A stretch of 64,000 nucleotides of DNA. Source: an uncultured Candidatus Saccharibacteria bacterium. Lineage in GTDB: Bacteria > Patescibacteriota > Saccharimonadia > Saccharimonadales > Saccharimonadaceae. The stretch covers positions 15,945 to 79,944 of the forward strand of contig CAZJAI010000003.1 in the NCBI GenBank assembly GCA_964544355.1, read 5' to 3'. The translations under genes were made by a program, and so were the position numbers. The notes beneath the pieces are model-generated. The model was not told the origin of the DNA. It saw only the letters and a list, made by a program, of their open reading frames with translations, and made no database searches. Each line of letters starts with the position of its first letter. Positions within the stretch are counted from its first letter, which is position 1. This document shows positions 7,627-16,104 of this stretch, one piece after another.

Positions 7627-9312
7627 CTAGTTGGGATCTACTAAACCTCTGTCAACCAGGTACGCTTTAATGATAGCTTGTTGTCGCGGAGAATAGCCCG
7701 GCACTATTTGGGAGGAACCGAATTTATAAACCGAGACTTCTCCCAGGCTCTCCCCAAGCGCTGCTATCGCCCTTCGTACCGTTTGAGGACTCACATGCAA
7801 CTGCTTGGATAAACCTCTTGCCGATAGATACCCCTCCGGCGCCGCAGCAGCGCCTAAGATTCCCTTGGATTCCATATACTGCACAATAAGTGTCTGCTGC
7901 TCGGGGGTGTATCCTAAAGCTATTTTATTAACGAACTTATAGAGTTTGATCTCGCCCAGCTTACTCCCCAGCTCATGGACACATCTCTGAATGGTACGAT
8001 AACTAACTCCAGTAATTCTAGAAAGACCCCTTCTTGAAACGACGCCCTCCGGCGCCCTTTCCGCCAGGCGACCGGCCGCTTCCAGCCACCCTAACAGCAT
8101 GTCTTGCTGAGAAGGGGATAAGCATAAGGCAAAAACAGTTCCGGACTTATACCTTTTTATTTCTCCTAATTCATCGCCCAAACTTGTTATTGCTAGACCC
8201 AAAGTTCGATTGTCTAGATGATTATTTTTTCGAAAACCTCCTACGCTTAAATATCCTTCCGGCATCTTTTCTGCGAAAACTCCGGTTGCCTCGAGTTGTT
8301 GGCGGATTAGCTCCTGCTGGTTTGGCGATATAAACTCCTCAATTTCTCCCAGCGATTCCCCTAGCTGTTCGATAGCCCTGTAGATGGCTTTGCGATCAAC
8401 TCCCAATAATCGGGCCAGGGCCCCCTTTCTCAGAGACCCTTCGGGAGGGGTTGGCCGTAAATATCGGCCTTTTTGTGTAGCTTGCCGGTCGGGCTCGGGC
8501 CGCTCCAGGCCGTCATCTTCCAGTGCCTCGATCAGGTTGGGTATAAAATTCTTGGTGTACATGATTTTGCGGCCCAGGCCCGGGCGTCGCTTAATCCAGG
8601 CGTTAAGTTCGGTTTTGCCGGCGCAAAGCAGGTCATCCAGACTTTTGCCTTCTTGTTCCAATAAGCTGGCGACAAAAACATAGGTGGCGTTGCCTTCTTC
8701 GTCGCACATCAGTACCGATCTGTCCAAAACGGGGGCTTCAACCAGGTAGTAGCTGGAGTGCCTTAAGCTGTTTTTTGGCGCCGCGCCCTTAGTTATTCTG
8801 ATCTGGCTTTTATCCTGAAGGTCTGCCTGGAATTCGTTGCCTAAGATAAAAAGCAGCGTTTTTAGCCGCGGGACGGTGATCTTTTCCTGGAACGTGCCGT
8901 TATCCCGAATAATGCTGATTTCGTTTGGATCGGGAGGGAGGATGACCTGATTGGTAACATTCGCTTCGGCGATTATCTGGTTCAGCCCGTTAATTTCTTC
9001 GGCTTTGTCGGCGATGTGATCTAAGGTTTCTTCTATGCCCCTAAGGCCAAAATACGCGAACGCCGCGTTCTCCAGCTCCCGGCTGTTTTTATAAAAATAG
9101 GCCGGCTGCCCGCAGTACGCCGCGGACACTTGCCGGACGAGTTTGACAAGATCATTCAGCGCCTGCTCGGCATAGCTGTCTATGCTTTCCGCCGTCAACG
9201 GCCGATCAACTATAGCCTCAAGTTCGGACGCCGGATCAGGCAGCCTCTCCAGATGCTGTTTACTTGTTTCCATTGTAAGTAAAATAGTATCATCTTTATA
9301 ATTATTTGTCAA
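7627..9312 (-). CDS. orphan protein: unknown ~290-aa N-terminal region plus four tandem HTH-like modules
   Basis: A 561-aa ORF; the start may be Met1 (9312) or Met14 (9273). The C-terminal half holds four 61-71-aa repeats, each beginning PEG. GC content is clearly lower than in the neighbouring genes. Confidence 0.7.
   Translation of the reverse strand: MTNNYKDDTILLTMETSKQHLERLPDPASELEAIVDRPLTAESIDSYAEQALNDLVKLVRQVSAAYCGQPAYFYKNSRELENAAFAYFGLRGIEETLDHIADKAEEINGLNQIIAEANVTNQVILPPDPNEISIIRDNGTFQEKITVPRLKTLLFILGNEFQADLQDKSQIRITKGAAPKNSLRHSSYYLVEAPVLDRSVLMCDEEGNATYVFVASLLEQEGKSLDDLLCAGKTELNAWIKRRPGLGRKIMYTKNFIPNLIEALEDDGLERPEPDRQATQKGRYLRPTPPEGSLRKGALARLLGVDRKAIYRAIEQLGESLGEIEEFISPNQQELIRQQLEATGVFAEKMPEGYLSVGGFRKNNHLDNRTLGLAITSLGDELGEIKRYKSGTVFALCLSPSQQDMLLGWLEAAGRLAERAPEGVVSRRGLSRITGVSYRTIQRCVHELGSKLGEIKLYKFVNKIALGYTPEQQTLIVQYMESKGILGAAAAPEGYLSARGLSKQLHVSPQTVRRAIAALGESLGEVSVYKFGSSQIVPGYSPRQQAIIKAYLVDRGLVDPN
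7630..8445 (-). repeat. four tandem protein-level repeats (aa 290-350, 351-420, 421-491, 492-~557)
   Basis: Each unit reads PEG-x-(L/V)S-x2-G(L/F)-x4-(V/L)-x3-T(V/I/L)-x-R/L-A/C-(I/V)-x2-LG-x2-LGE(I/V)-x2-(Y/F)-x..-(S/T)P-x-QQ-x2-(I/L). Examples: PEGYLSARGLSKQLHVSPQTVRRAIAALGESLGEVSVYKF...YSPRQQAIIKAYL and PEGVVSRRGLSRITGVSYRTIQRCVHELGSKLGEIKLYKF...YTPEQQTLIVQYM. Confidence 0.8.
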
Positions 9313-9338
9313 TCATTGCTCCGGTTCGGCGGATCGTT

Positions 9339-9653
9339 TCAGGTTCGGTGGGCTTTTTGATGGAGCGCCGCTCTCAGCGCCGAAGGGCTAGCGGACTTGT
9401 CGGCACGATGGACGCAGCCGTACCAGCAGCAGGGCCGGCGGTTTCCTTTTAGAAGTTCCGCGACCGTTCGCTTAGTGTGACGGTTTCTTGTTTCCGGTTT
9501 ACTGACGGATATTATCCAGCAGATCCATTCGTTGCGCGCCAGGGGAGTAAGGCTTTGCCATTTTTCCAGCGCGGTTTTATCGGATCGCAGGGCCGTGTTC
9601 AAATCCACCGGAACGCCGTGCGCCACACCGGTAGCGATTGTTTGTTGGGTCAT
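9339..9653 (-). CDS. YdeI/OmpD-associated family protein (bacteriocin-protection-like)
   Basis: WQSLTPLARNEWICWIISVSKPETRNRHTKRTVAELLKGNRRPCCW matches my memory of the YdeI/OmdA C-terminal domain. Confidence 0.6.
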   Translation of the reverse strand: MTQQTIATGVAHGVPVDLNTALRSDKTALEKWQSLTPLARNEWICWIISVSKPETRNRHTKRTVAELLKGNRRPCCWYGCVHRADKSASPSALRAALHQKAHRT

Positions 9654-9780
9654 GGATTTATACTATCAAATTATGTGGCGCGTTTGACGCTCGCAGCTGT
9701 GACATAATGTATGCCACGGCCGTTATTGTTCGGGCACTGAAAAAACCGCTTATTCTTAAAGAAAGGATTAATTACTCTTA

Positions 9781-10428
9781 ATGACAACCAGCCCAGGTGT
9801 CCGTCGCGACCGGCCGGCGCGAATTGCCTGGTCGGGACTAATTGTTTTGATTTTGACCGCTCTAAGTTTATGGACGGCCGCTGGCAAGACCGGCGTGCCG
9901 GCAGCGGAAGCGGCAGTCCTTGATGCGGTTTACGAGTGGCCGCAGTGGCTGATTGCTCCCATGATCGCCGTTACCATGCTTGGCAGTTGGCAGTTCGCCG
10001 TTTTGGCCGTAGTGGGCTGCGTAGTTTTCGGCAAAAAAATGCTGGCTCTACGGCTAGGCTTGGCTGCTTGGCTGGCCGGCCTGCTGACGGCCGGTTTGAA
10101 AATTGCCGTTAGCCGGCCGCGGCCGGCTGGATTGCACGCGGATATTATAGTGCGCTGGCCAGGATACCTGCAGGATTACGGGTTTCCTTCCGGACACAGC
10201 GCCGTGGCGGCCGCTATGGCCGCCACGATTTGGCTGGGTCTGCCGAAAAAGGCTCGTCGGACATCATGGCTGATTTTACTGGTCGCGCTGCCGGCGCTGG
10301 TGGGGCTAAGCCGGGTGTATTTAGGCGCGCATTGGCCTCTGGACGTGCTGGGAGGCTGGCTGGCCGGCCTGCTGGCAGCCCAGTCGGCCCTGTGGCTTGG
10401 CTGCCAACTAAAACGCTTTTGGTTATAA
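9781..10428 (+). CDS. PAP2-family lipid phosphate phosphatase (membrane)
   Basis: PAP2 motifs KIAVSRPRP, PSGHS and SRVYLGAHWPLDVLGG, with multiple TM helices. Confidence 0.85.
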   Translation: MTTSPGVRRDRPARIAWSGLIVLILTALSLWTAAGKTGVPAAEAAVLDAVYEWPQWLIAPMIAVTMLGSWQFAVLAVVGCVVFGKKMLALRLGLAAWLAGLLTAGLKIAVSRPRPAGLHADIIVRWPGYLQDYGFPSGHSAVAAAMAATIWLGLPKKARRTSWLILLVALPALVGLSRVYLGAHWPLDVLGGWLAGLLAAQSALWLGCQLKRFWL

Positions 10429-10431
10429 TGT

Positions 10432-11493
10432 TTGAGAGTGGCAAACCAGCTGTTACATCCTCATTCGCCGTTTAGGATATTTTTCATATCCGGCTTTTTG
10501 ACTCTGGCCGCGCTGGCTGGAGTTTTTGCCTGGCTGGGGCCGGCGGCAGTACTGACGGCGGTGATTTTAATCGGCGTGGAAATTATGTTCAGTTTCGAAA
10601 ACGCTATCATTAACGCCAAGGTTCTGTCAGGATTATCGCGGTTTTGGCGGCAAATGTTTTTGACTGTCGGCATACTGATTGCTATTTTCGGCATGCGCAT
10701 CATCTTTCCGGTTTTGATAGTGTCTTTTTCTGCCGGTCTGTCTTGGGGAAACGTTATCTCGATGGCCCTGAACCAGCCGGAACAGTATGCTCACGCACTT
10801 GAGCGGGCCCATATATCGATAGCCGCCTTCGGCGGAATGTTTTTAACCATGCTGTTTCTGCATTTCTTTTTTTCGACCAGGCGTAAACATCTTTGGCTGA
10901 AATTCATCGAAGGCCCGCTGCAGGAGGTGTCAAGGCCGTGGAGTTACGCCGTGGTGTCGGTAGCCGTGCTGCTTCTGGTCAGTTTTTGGCCGGCCAACCC
11001 CGAACCAGTTAAGACGTTTCAATCCGGCGCGGCGGGCATGCTGACCTACATCATCATTCATCTGGTTATCTGGCTGCTGGGCAAGCGCCGCGGGCAGCGT
11101 CCCAGCCGCAAGTTAAAAATCGGTCTGGCCGGTCTGGCCGGTTTTATCTATCTGGAAATCCTGGATGCCAGCTTTTCGTTCGACAGCGTAATCGGGGCGT
11201 TCGCTATTACCAATTCGGTACCAATGATCGCTCTGGGCCTTGGGATCGGCGCGGTCTGGGTCAGGTCGCTGACGGTTTTCATGGTTAGGCGCCGCATCCT
11301 GAACTCTTACCGCTATATCGAGCATGGCGCCCATTACACCGTTGGCGTGCTGGCCGCGGTGATGCTGGGGGGTATTTTCATCAACATACCTCAATACATC
11401 GCCGGCGGCGGTGGTATACTGCTGATAAGCGCCTCGGTGATAGCTTCAATCTTGGCGGCAGCCAAGAAAAGCGGCCGGGCTTATGCCGCGTAA
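10432..11493 (+). CDS. polytopic membrane protein, TerC/DUF475-like
   Basis: Two related motifs lie in the two halves of the protein: FSFENAIINAKVL and LDASFSFDSVIGAFAIT. The second resembles the TerC-type DS(I/V)xAxFAIT motif. The start is TTG 10432 or GTG 10438. Confidence 0.6.
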   Translation: MRVANQLLHPHSPFRIFFISGFLTLAALAGVFAWLGPAAVLTAVILIGVEIMFSFENAIINAKVLSGLSRFWRQMFLTVGILIAIFGMRIIFPVLIVSFSAGLSWGNVISMALNQPEQYAHALERAHISIAAFGGMFLTMLFLHFFFSTRRKHLWLKFIEGPLQEVSRPWSYAVVSVAVLLLVSFWPANPEPVKTFQSGAAGMLTYIIIHLVIWLLGKRRGQRPSRKLKIGLAGLAGFIYLEILDASFSFDSVIGAFAITNSVPMIALGLGIGAVWVRSLTVFMVRRRILNSYRYIEHGAHYTVGVLAAVMLGGIFINIPQYIAGGGGILLISASVIASILAAAKKSGRAYAA

Positions 11494-11526
11494 AAATATC
11501 CGACTTGTAAAAATCAAGCGAAAACC

Positions 11527-12012
11527 ATGAATCTCAGCGACGCGTTAATCAGGATAGCGGCCGACGGTCTGGTAGTAGTGGTGGCTATTTTGGGCGCGGC
11601 GGTGTTCGTCAAATCGGTGCGCCGGGACGTTTACCAGACCTATGCCAGGGCGTTCATGGCCGGTTTGAGCGCTCTGGCTGTAGCTAAAATTATGAGCCTG
11701 TTCTACCAGGAAGCTGCCCGCCCTTTCGCCGTAAGCGGCGCCTTGCCCAAGGCGGCTTATTTGAACAACCCCGGCTTTCCTTCAGACCACGCTCTTCTGG
11801 CTGCGACTGTTACCCTGGTGGTTTGGGCGGTTACCGGGAATGTCCGGGCCTCTTTGTGGCTGGCCGGCTTGAGCGTAGCCGTAGGGATTGGACGGGTGCT
11901 GGCGCTGGTACACACGCCGGTAGATATAGCCGGAGGTTACGCGGCTGCCGCTATCGGCGTAGGGCTGTGGTACGGCTGGTTTTTCAAACGGCGCGACCGC
12001 AGCAGTAATTAA
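11527..12012 (+). CDS. PAP2-family phosphatase (small, membrane)
   Basis: FPSDHALLAAT and GRVLALVHTPVDIAGG (PAP2 motifs C2/C3), with 4 TM helices. Confidence 0.75.
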   Translation: MNLSDALIRIAADGLVVVVAILGAAVFVKSVRRDVYQTYARAFMAGLSALAVAKIMSLFYQEAARPFAVSGALPKAAYLNNPGFPSDHALLAATVTLVVWAVTGNVRASLWLAGLSVAVGIGRVLALVHTPVDIAGGYAAAAIGVGLWYGWFFKRRDRSSN

Positions 12013-12104
12013 TATTTCAGTTGCCACGGACTGAAAATGTTTTAGAATAGTCATATAACACACCGGAGTTACTCAAAAAGGGCTGGGAGAAAAGAGGACT
12101 AGCA

Positions 12105-12605
12105 GTGGCCGCTACAGATACGAATCAAACAGTGGAAAATCTGCCCGTTTACTTACCGGTTAGCCGAGTGGATATTATCCGGGTGGCCGCCACCGGAGCC
12201 GTCGCCGGAGTGCTTACCGGCCTGTTTGGCTGGCTACTCAACAGGTATTTCATTGAACCGGTCTTTTGTCGTACCGCCGATTCGGCCGGCGTTTGTGCCG
12301 CCGGAGGCGGCATATCATTTTACGTGGCTACCCTGGCCGTGGCTACCCTGGCCGTGGCCGCGCTGGCCCGTTTCGCCATCTACCGTCCGCTGTTGGTGGT
12401 AGTCGGAGCCACCGCCTCGCTATGGGGATTGAACGTTTATCTGGGCAAGCTGTCCTCCTGGCTGGAATACGGGATGTGGCTGGTCGTTTTATTTGGTCTT
12501 GGGTATCTTCTGTTTTATTGGCTGATGAGGCTGCGCAACTTCGGCTGGTCCGTAGCCGTGCTGCTGCTGGCGGTGTTTTTGCTGCGCTGGCTAATGCTGC
12601 TATAA
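12105..12605 (+). CDS. hypothetical polytopic membrane protein
   Basis: A 166-aa ORF with a GTG start and 4-5 hydrophobic helices. I recognise no family. Confidence 0.5.
   Translation: MAATDTNQTVENLPVYLPVSRVDIIRVAATGAVAGVLTGLFGWLLNRYFIEPVFCRTADSAGVCAAGGGISFYVATLAVATLAVAALARFAIYRPLLVVVGATASLWGLNVYLGKLSSWLEYGMWLVVLFGLGYLLFYWLMRLRNFGWSVAVLLLAVFLLRWLMLL
12324..12368 (+). repeat. 15-bp tandem repeat inside the membrane-protein CDS
   Basis: GTGGCTACCCTGGCC occurs twice exactly (12324-12338 and 12339-12353). A degenerate third copy GTGGCCGCGCTGGCC follows. Together they encode VATLA-VATLA-VAALA. Confidence 0.9.
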
Positions 12606-12692
12606 GCTCGGTCCGAAACTGTTGACGATGAACAAACCGGTGACTGGTCCGGCTGGCGCAGCTTTTGTCATCGGGCTATACTATTAAAAGTT

Positions 12693-13784
12693 ATGCAAAA
12701 TGCCGCGGTCTTGGTGGTACTGGCAGTCACAGCGCTGGCTTTGGCGGCGGCGCTGATCGTAGTGTTGTTCAGGCAAAAACAATCTCCGCCGGATAGCTCG
12801 GCCATGCAATTTTTAAAGCAGGATCTGATTGAACTGAATAAAAACGTGACCGATTTGAAAGACGGCCTGCAAAGCAACCTAACCACCAGGCTGGATCAAA
12901 ACCAGGCGATTTTAAGGGATTCCCTGCAAAAGCAGTTTTCAGAGAGCGCCCGTTTGATCGCCGACGTTACTCGGCGGCTGACCCGGCTGGACGAAACCAA
13001 CAAGCGGGTGGTAGGGGTGGCCGACGAGCTTAAGACTTTGCAAAACGCCTTGCAAAACCCCAAACAGCGCGGTGTGCTGGGCGAATATCATCTGGCTTCG
13101 GTGCTGCAAAACGTATTGCCGCCGGATCGTTATCAGCTGCAGTACCGTTTTAGCGACGGCGAAACGGTTGACGCGGTCATCTTCCTGGAAAAAGACAACA
13201 TCCTGCCGATCGACAGCAAATTCAGTTTGGAGAATTATAACCGGCTGGTCGAAGAAACCGAACCGGCCGCCAGGCAGGCGCTGGTCAAGCTGTTTAAAAG
13301 TGACCTGAAAAACCGGATAGACGAAACGGCTAAATACATCCGGCCGTCCGAGGGTACCATGGACTTTGCCTTCATGTTTATTCCCAGCGAAGCGATTTAT
13401 TACGACTTGCTGGCCAACAAGGTAGGCGCTACCCGCACCAGCGCCCGCGATTTAATTGAATACGCCTTCCGCGAAAAACGGGTGATTATTGTCAGTCCGA
13501 CTTCGTTCATGGCTTATTTGCAGACCGTTTTGCAGGGTCTGCGCAGCCTGCAAATCGAACAGCAGGCCAAAGAAATACAGCTAAGAGTGGGGCAGTTAGG
13601 CCGGCACATTAACAATTTCGAAGAGTTCATGCAAAAACTGGGCAGCAGCCTGGGGGTAACGGTTAATCACTACAACCACGCTCATAAAGAACTGGGCAAG
13701 GTCGACAAGGACATAGTTAAAATCGCCAAGACTTCCCCGGTAGTCGAACCGCTGGTACTGGACAAGCCGGCTGACGATAATTAA
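12693..13784 (+). CDS. rmuC: DNA recombination protein RmuC
   Basis: N-terminal TM helix, then a coiled-coil region, then the conserved core RGVLGEYHLASVLQNVLPPDRYQLQYRF...DAVIFL...ILPIDSKF...FMFIPSEAIY. Confidence 0.9.
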   Translation: MQNAAVLVVLAVTALALAAALIVVLFRQKQSPPDSSAMQFLKQDLIELNKNVTDLKDGLQSNLTTRLDQNQAILRDSLQKQFSESARLIADVTRRLTRLDETNKRVVGVADELKTLQNALQNPKQRGVLGEYHLASVLQNVLPPDRYQLQYRFSDGETVDAVIFLEKDNILPIDSKFSLENYNRLVEETEPAARQALVKLFKSDLKNRIDETAKYIRPSEGTMDFAFMFIPSEAIYYDLLANKVGATRTSARDLIEYAFREKRVIIVSPTSFMAYLQTVLQGLRSLQIEQQAKEIQLRVGQLGRHINNFEEFMQKLGSSLGVTVNHYNHAHKELGKVDKDIVKIAKTSPVVEPLVLDKPADDN

Positions 13785-13785
13785 A

Positions 13786-13819
13786 ACCCGCCGGCATCTT
13801 GACCCGGCGGGTTGTTTTA
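13786..13819. terminator. bidirectional intrinsic terminator between convergent rmuC and the aquaporin gene
   Basis: AACCCGCCGG (13786-13795) pairs with CCGGCGGGTT (13805-13814) as a perfect 10-bp stem with a 9-nt loop. It is flanked by an A-run upstream and GTTTT downstream, so a U-tract follows the hairpin on both strands. Confidence 0.7.
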
Positions 13820-13839
13820 TCCTCGTTTATGAGTACTTT

Positions 13840-14652
13840 TTAGACTTCGCGCTCGAACGCCCGGTTGTCGCTTAGGGCGCTGTCTTTTTGCAGAGCCCGC
13901 CACAAGAGCATAGCCAGGGCGGCGCTAACCAACGGCACTGCCACATAAACAGTCAACGGCCAGAGCGACCATTTAAGAGCCTGTACGCTGAGGGCCAGCG
14001 CCGGGTTGAGCATGGGACTGCCCTGCAGAAGCAACAGGCCGAACAACAGCGAACCTCCCAGGGTGAAAGCCTTGGCCATCAGGCCGCGCCGGCTCATGTA
14101 GGCGCTGGCGGCGCCCAGAGCGAAGACGAACATGCCGATCGCTTCAACGCCGGCGGTACGCCACAGTTTAGCGGTTTCAGTTGGCAACGCCTGGGCGGTA
14201 AACAGCTGCCCCCGGGTAGCCTGGCCGGTGATCGGGTTAATCACTTCCGGGATGAAGGCGTTAGCCACCACCAGGGCCAGCATAGCTCCTAGCACCTGGG
14301 CCACCAGGTAGCTGACCGCCCGGCTGCCGTTCAGCCGTTTAGCGGCCCACAGGCCTACAGTTAAAGCCGGGTTAAGGTTGGGTCCTGAAATCGGAGCGAA
14401 GACCAGTACTAGCACCATGAACACCAGCGCGGCCAGTACGGCGTTACCCGAAAAGTTCAGAACCACCAGGGCCAGCACGAACGTGCCGATGAACTCGGCC
14501 AGCATGGCGCTTACCGACACGTTGGCCAGATAACGATTGCTGCTGAGCGAAAAAGCGCCGCGGCTTTTCAGGCTGCGCACGGCAACGACGGGCTTTGAGG
14601 TTTTGTTTTTAGGTTTGGCTGCGGACGTTTTTCTGGCAGTCTTTCTGACCAT
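13840..14652 (-). CDS. MIP-family channel (aquaporin / glycerol facilitator) with a polybasic N-terminal extension
   Basis: Two NPA boxes (SGPNLNPALTVG and GSPMLNPALALS) and six hydrophobic helices. The first ~45 aa are K/R-rich. Confidence 0.9.
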   Translation of the reverse strand: MVRKTARKTSAAKPKNKTSKPVVAVRSLKSRGAFSLSSNRYLANVSVSAMLAEFIGTFVLALVVLNFSGNAVLAALVFMVLVLVFAPISGPNLNPALTVGLWAAKRLNGSRAVSYLVAQVLGAMLALVVANAFIPEVINPITGQATRGQLFTAQALPTETAKLWRTAGVEAIGMFVFALGAASAYMSRRGLMAKAFTLGGSLLFGLLLLQGSPMLNPALALSVQALKWSLWPLTVYVAVPLVSAALAMLLWRALQKDSALSDNRAFEREV

Positions 14653-14800
14653 AGCTCCTCCGATAATTGGTTTATGACCTGCAGTATACCCCTTTAGTGG
14701 TTAATTTGCCAACAGTCGGACCTCAAGCTTTGGGAAAATTATCGCTAAGCCTTAACCAGTTAACGGGGCAGCTGGCTTGAAGATGAGCTACAATATAACC

Positions 14801-15025
14801 ATGGCCATGTTCTTACGGCAGCAGCAGCCTCAAAGCGAGCTGAGCGCTAAAATCGCCAAACGGCTGAAGCAAAACTCCCAAGGCGGGCGGCGCCCCGACG
14901 GATCGACACCGCCCAACAGCGAAACTTACGATCAAGCTGACTGGAAGGCTACCAGTCCGGCCGGTTTTTGGCTGGTGATAGTCGGCCTGGCGGTTCTAGC
15001 CGGATTGGCTCTGTTGCTGCTTTAG
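14801..15025 (+). CDS. small hypothetical protein with a C-terminal TM anchor
   Basis: MAMFLRQQQPQ...GFWLVIVGLAVLAGLALLLL. TACAAT (14789-14794) ends 6 nt before ATG 14801, so the mRNA may be leaderless. The track start at 14777 is a TTG. No homology recognised. Confidence 0.35.
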   Translation: MAMFLRQQQPQSELSAKIAKRLKQNSQGGRRPDGSTPPNSETYDQADWKATSPAGFWLVIVGLAVLAGLALLLL

Positions 15026-15081
15026 GCGGGTCCGTCGTGGCCGTTTGGCCGCCGCTCTTTGATGTTATACTGAATTTTAAA

Positions 15082-16101
15082 GTGGACGCTCACGATATAG
15101 ACAGGGCGCGTTTGGCGCTACTGGAGACTTATGAGAAATTGGACGACAAATCCGACATCTTAAAAGCGCCGCAGCTTAGAAATCTATACGCCGCGCTGAA
15201 AACCGTTCCGGCCGCGAACCGGCCGGCCCTGGGCAGACGCATTAATCAGTTAAAAATCGAATTGGAAACCAAGCTGCGAACCTGGCAAGACGGGAGCGAA
15301 GGACAGGACAGGTCGCCGATTGACGTAACCGCCCCATTCGGTGTGAACGCCAAACCTTTGGATAAATCCGGGCTGCTGCCGGCCGAACAGGGTTCACTAC
15401 ATCCGGTTACCCAAGAGCTAGACAGAATGGTGGACATTTTTCAGCGAATCGGCTTCGAGGCTGTGGAGTCGCGCCAGTTGGACGATGAATTCAACATGTT
15501 TACCGCCCTTAACTTTCCGCCCGATCATCCGGCCCGCGACAGCTACGATTCATTTCGTACCGAAGAGGGGCTGATTCCGCCCGCCCACACCAGCACCATG
15601 CAGCACCGCATCCTCAAACAGGGCAAGCAGCGGCTGGCCGCCGGGCAAGCGATTGCCACGGTTATTTACGGGCGCTGTTTCCGAAACGAGGACGTGGACG
15701 CCACCCACGATCATACTTTCTATCAACTTGAGGGGGTGTATGTCAGCGGTGATGCTAGTCTGGGTCAGATGCTGGCCCTGCTGAAGCATTTTTATGAACG
15801 CTATTTCAATCAGATCGTTAAGATCAAGACCCAGCCGGCGTATTTCCCTTTCGTTGAACCCGGGCTGGAGTTCGCTATCGAAAAACCGGCCTCGATCGGC
15901 GGCAAGCCGGGACAGTGGCTGGAGGTGCTGGGATGCGGCATGATTCACCCCAACGTGCTGCGTCTGGCCGGTATTGATCCAGAGCGCTATCGTGGTTTTG
16001 CCTGGGGCGGCGGCATAGAGAGACTGGTCATGCTGCGGCACGGCATAGAGGATATCCGTCATTTCGAATCGGGTAATCTAAAGTTTTTGAGGCAGTTTTA
16101 A
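15082..16101 (+). CDS. pheS: phenylalanyl-tRNA synthetase alpha subunit
   Basis: Class II motifs are present (FRTEEGLIPPAHTSTMQHR, GRCFRNEDVDATHDHTFYQLEG, GFAWGGGIERLVMLRHGI). The start is uncertain: GTG 15082 gives 340 aa and GTG 15037 gives 355 aa. I judge the track start at 14968 too long. Confidence 0.9.
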   Translation: MDAHDIDRARLALLETYEKLDDKSDILKAPQLRNLYAALKTVPAANRPALGRRINQLKIELETKLRTWQDGSEGQDRSPIDVTAPFGVNAKPLDKSGLLPAEQGSLHPVTQELDRMVDIFQRIGFEAVESRQLDDEFNMFTALNFPPDHPARDSYDSFRTEEGLIPPAHTSTMQHRILKQGKQRLAAGQAIATVIYGRCFRNEDVDATHDHTFYQLEGVYVSGDASLGQMLALLKHFYERYFNQIVKIKTQPAYFPFVEPGLEFAIEKPASIGGKPGQWLEVLGCGMIHPNVLRLAGIDPERYRGFAWGGGIERLVMLRHGIEDIRHFESGNLKFLRQF

Positions 16102-16104
16102 ACC

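Noticed and set aside
8034-8683. Three plus-strand ORFs (8034-8333, 8384-8683, 8473-8664) inside the repeat-protein locus.
   Set aside because: They are short shadow ORFs opposite a 561-aa ORF that has clear internal repeat structure.
7530-9780. A call of an integrated mobile element or genomic island at tRNA-Gln.
   Set aside because: The region has atypical GC and sits next to a tRNA. However, I found no integrase, recombinase or transposase, and no direct repeat of the tRNA 3' end. I report it only as a compositional anomaly.
12266-12625. A 119-aa alternative-frame ORF overlapping the membrane protein at 12105-12605.
   Set aside because: Its translation is R/G-rich low-complexity sequence. 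The other frame gives coherent TM helices.
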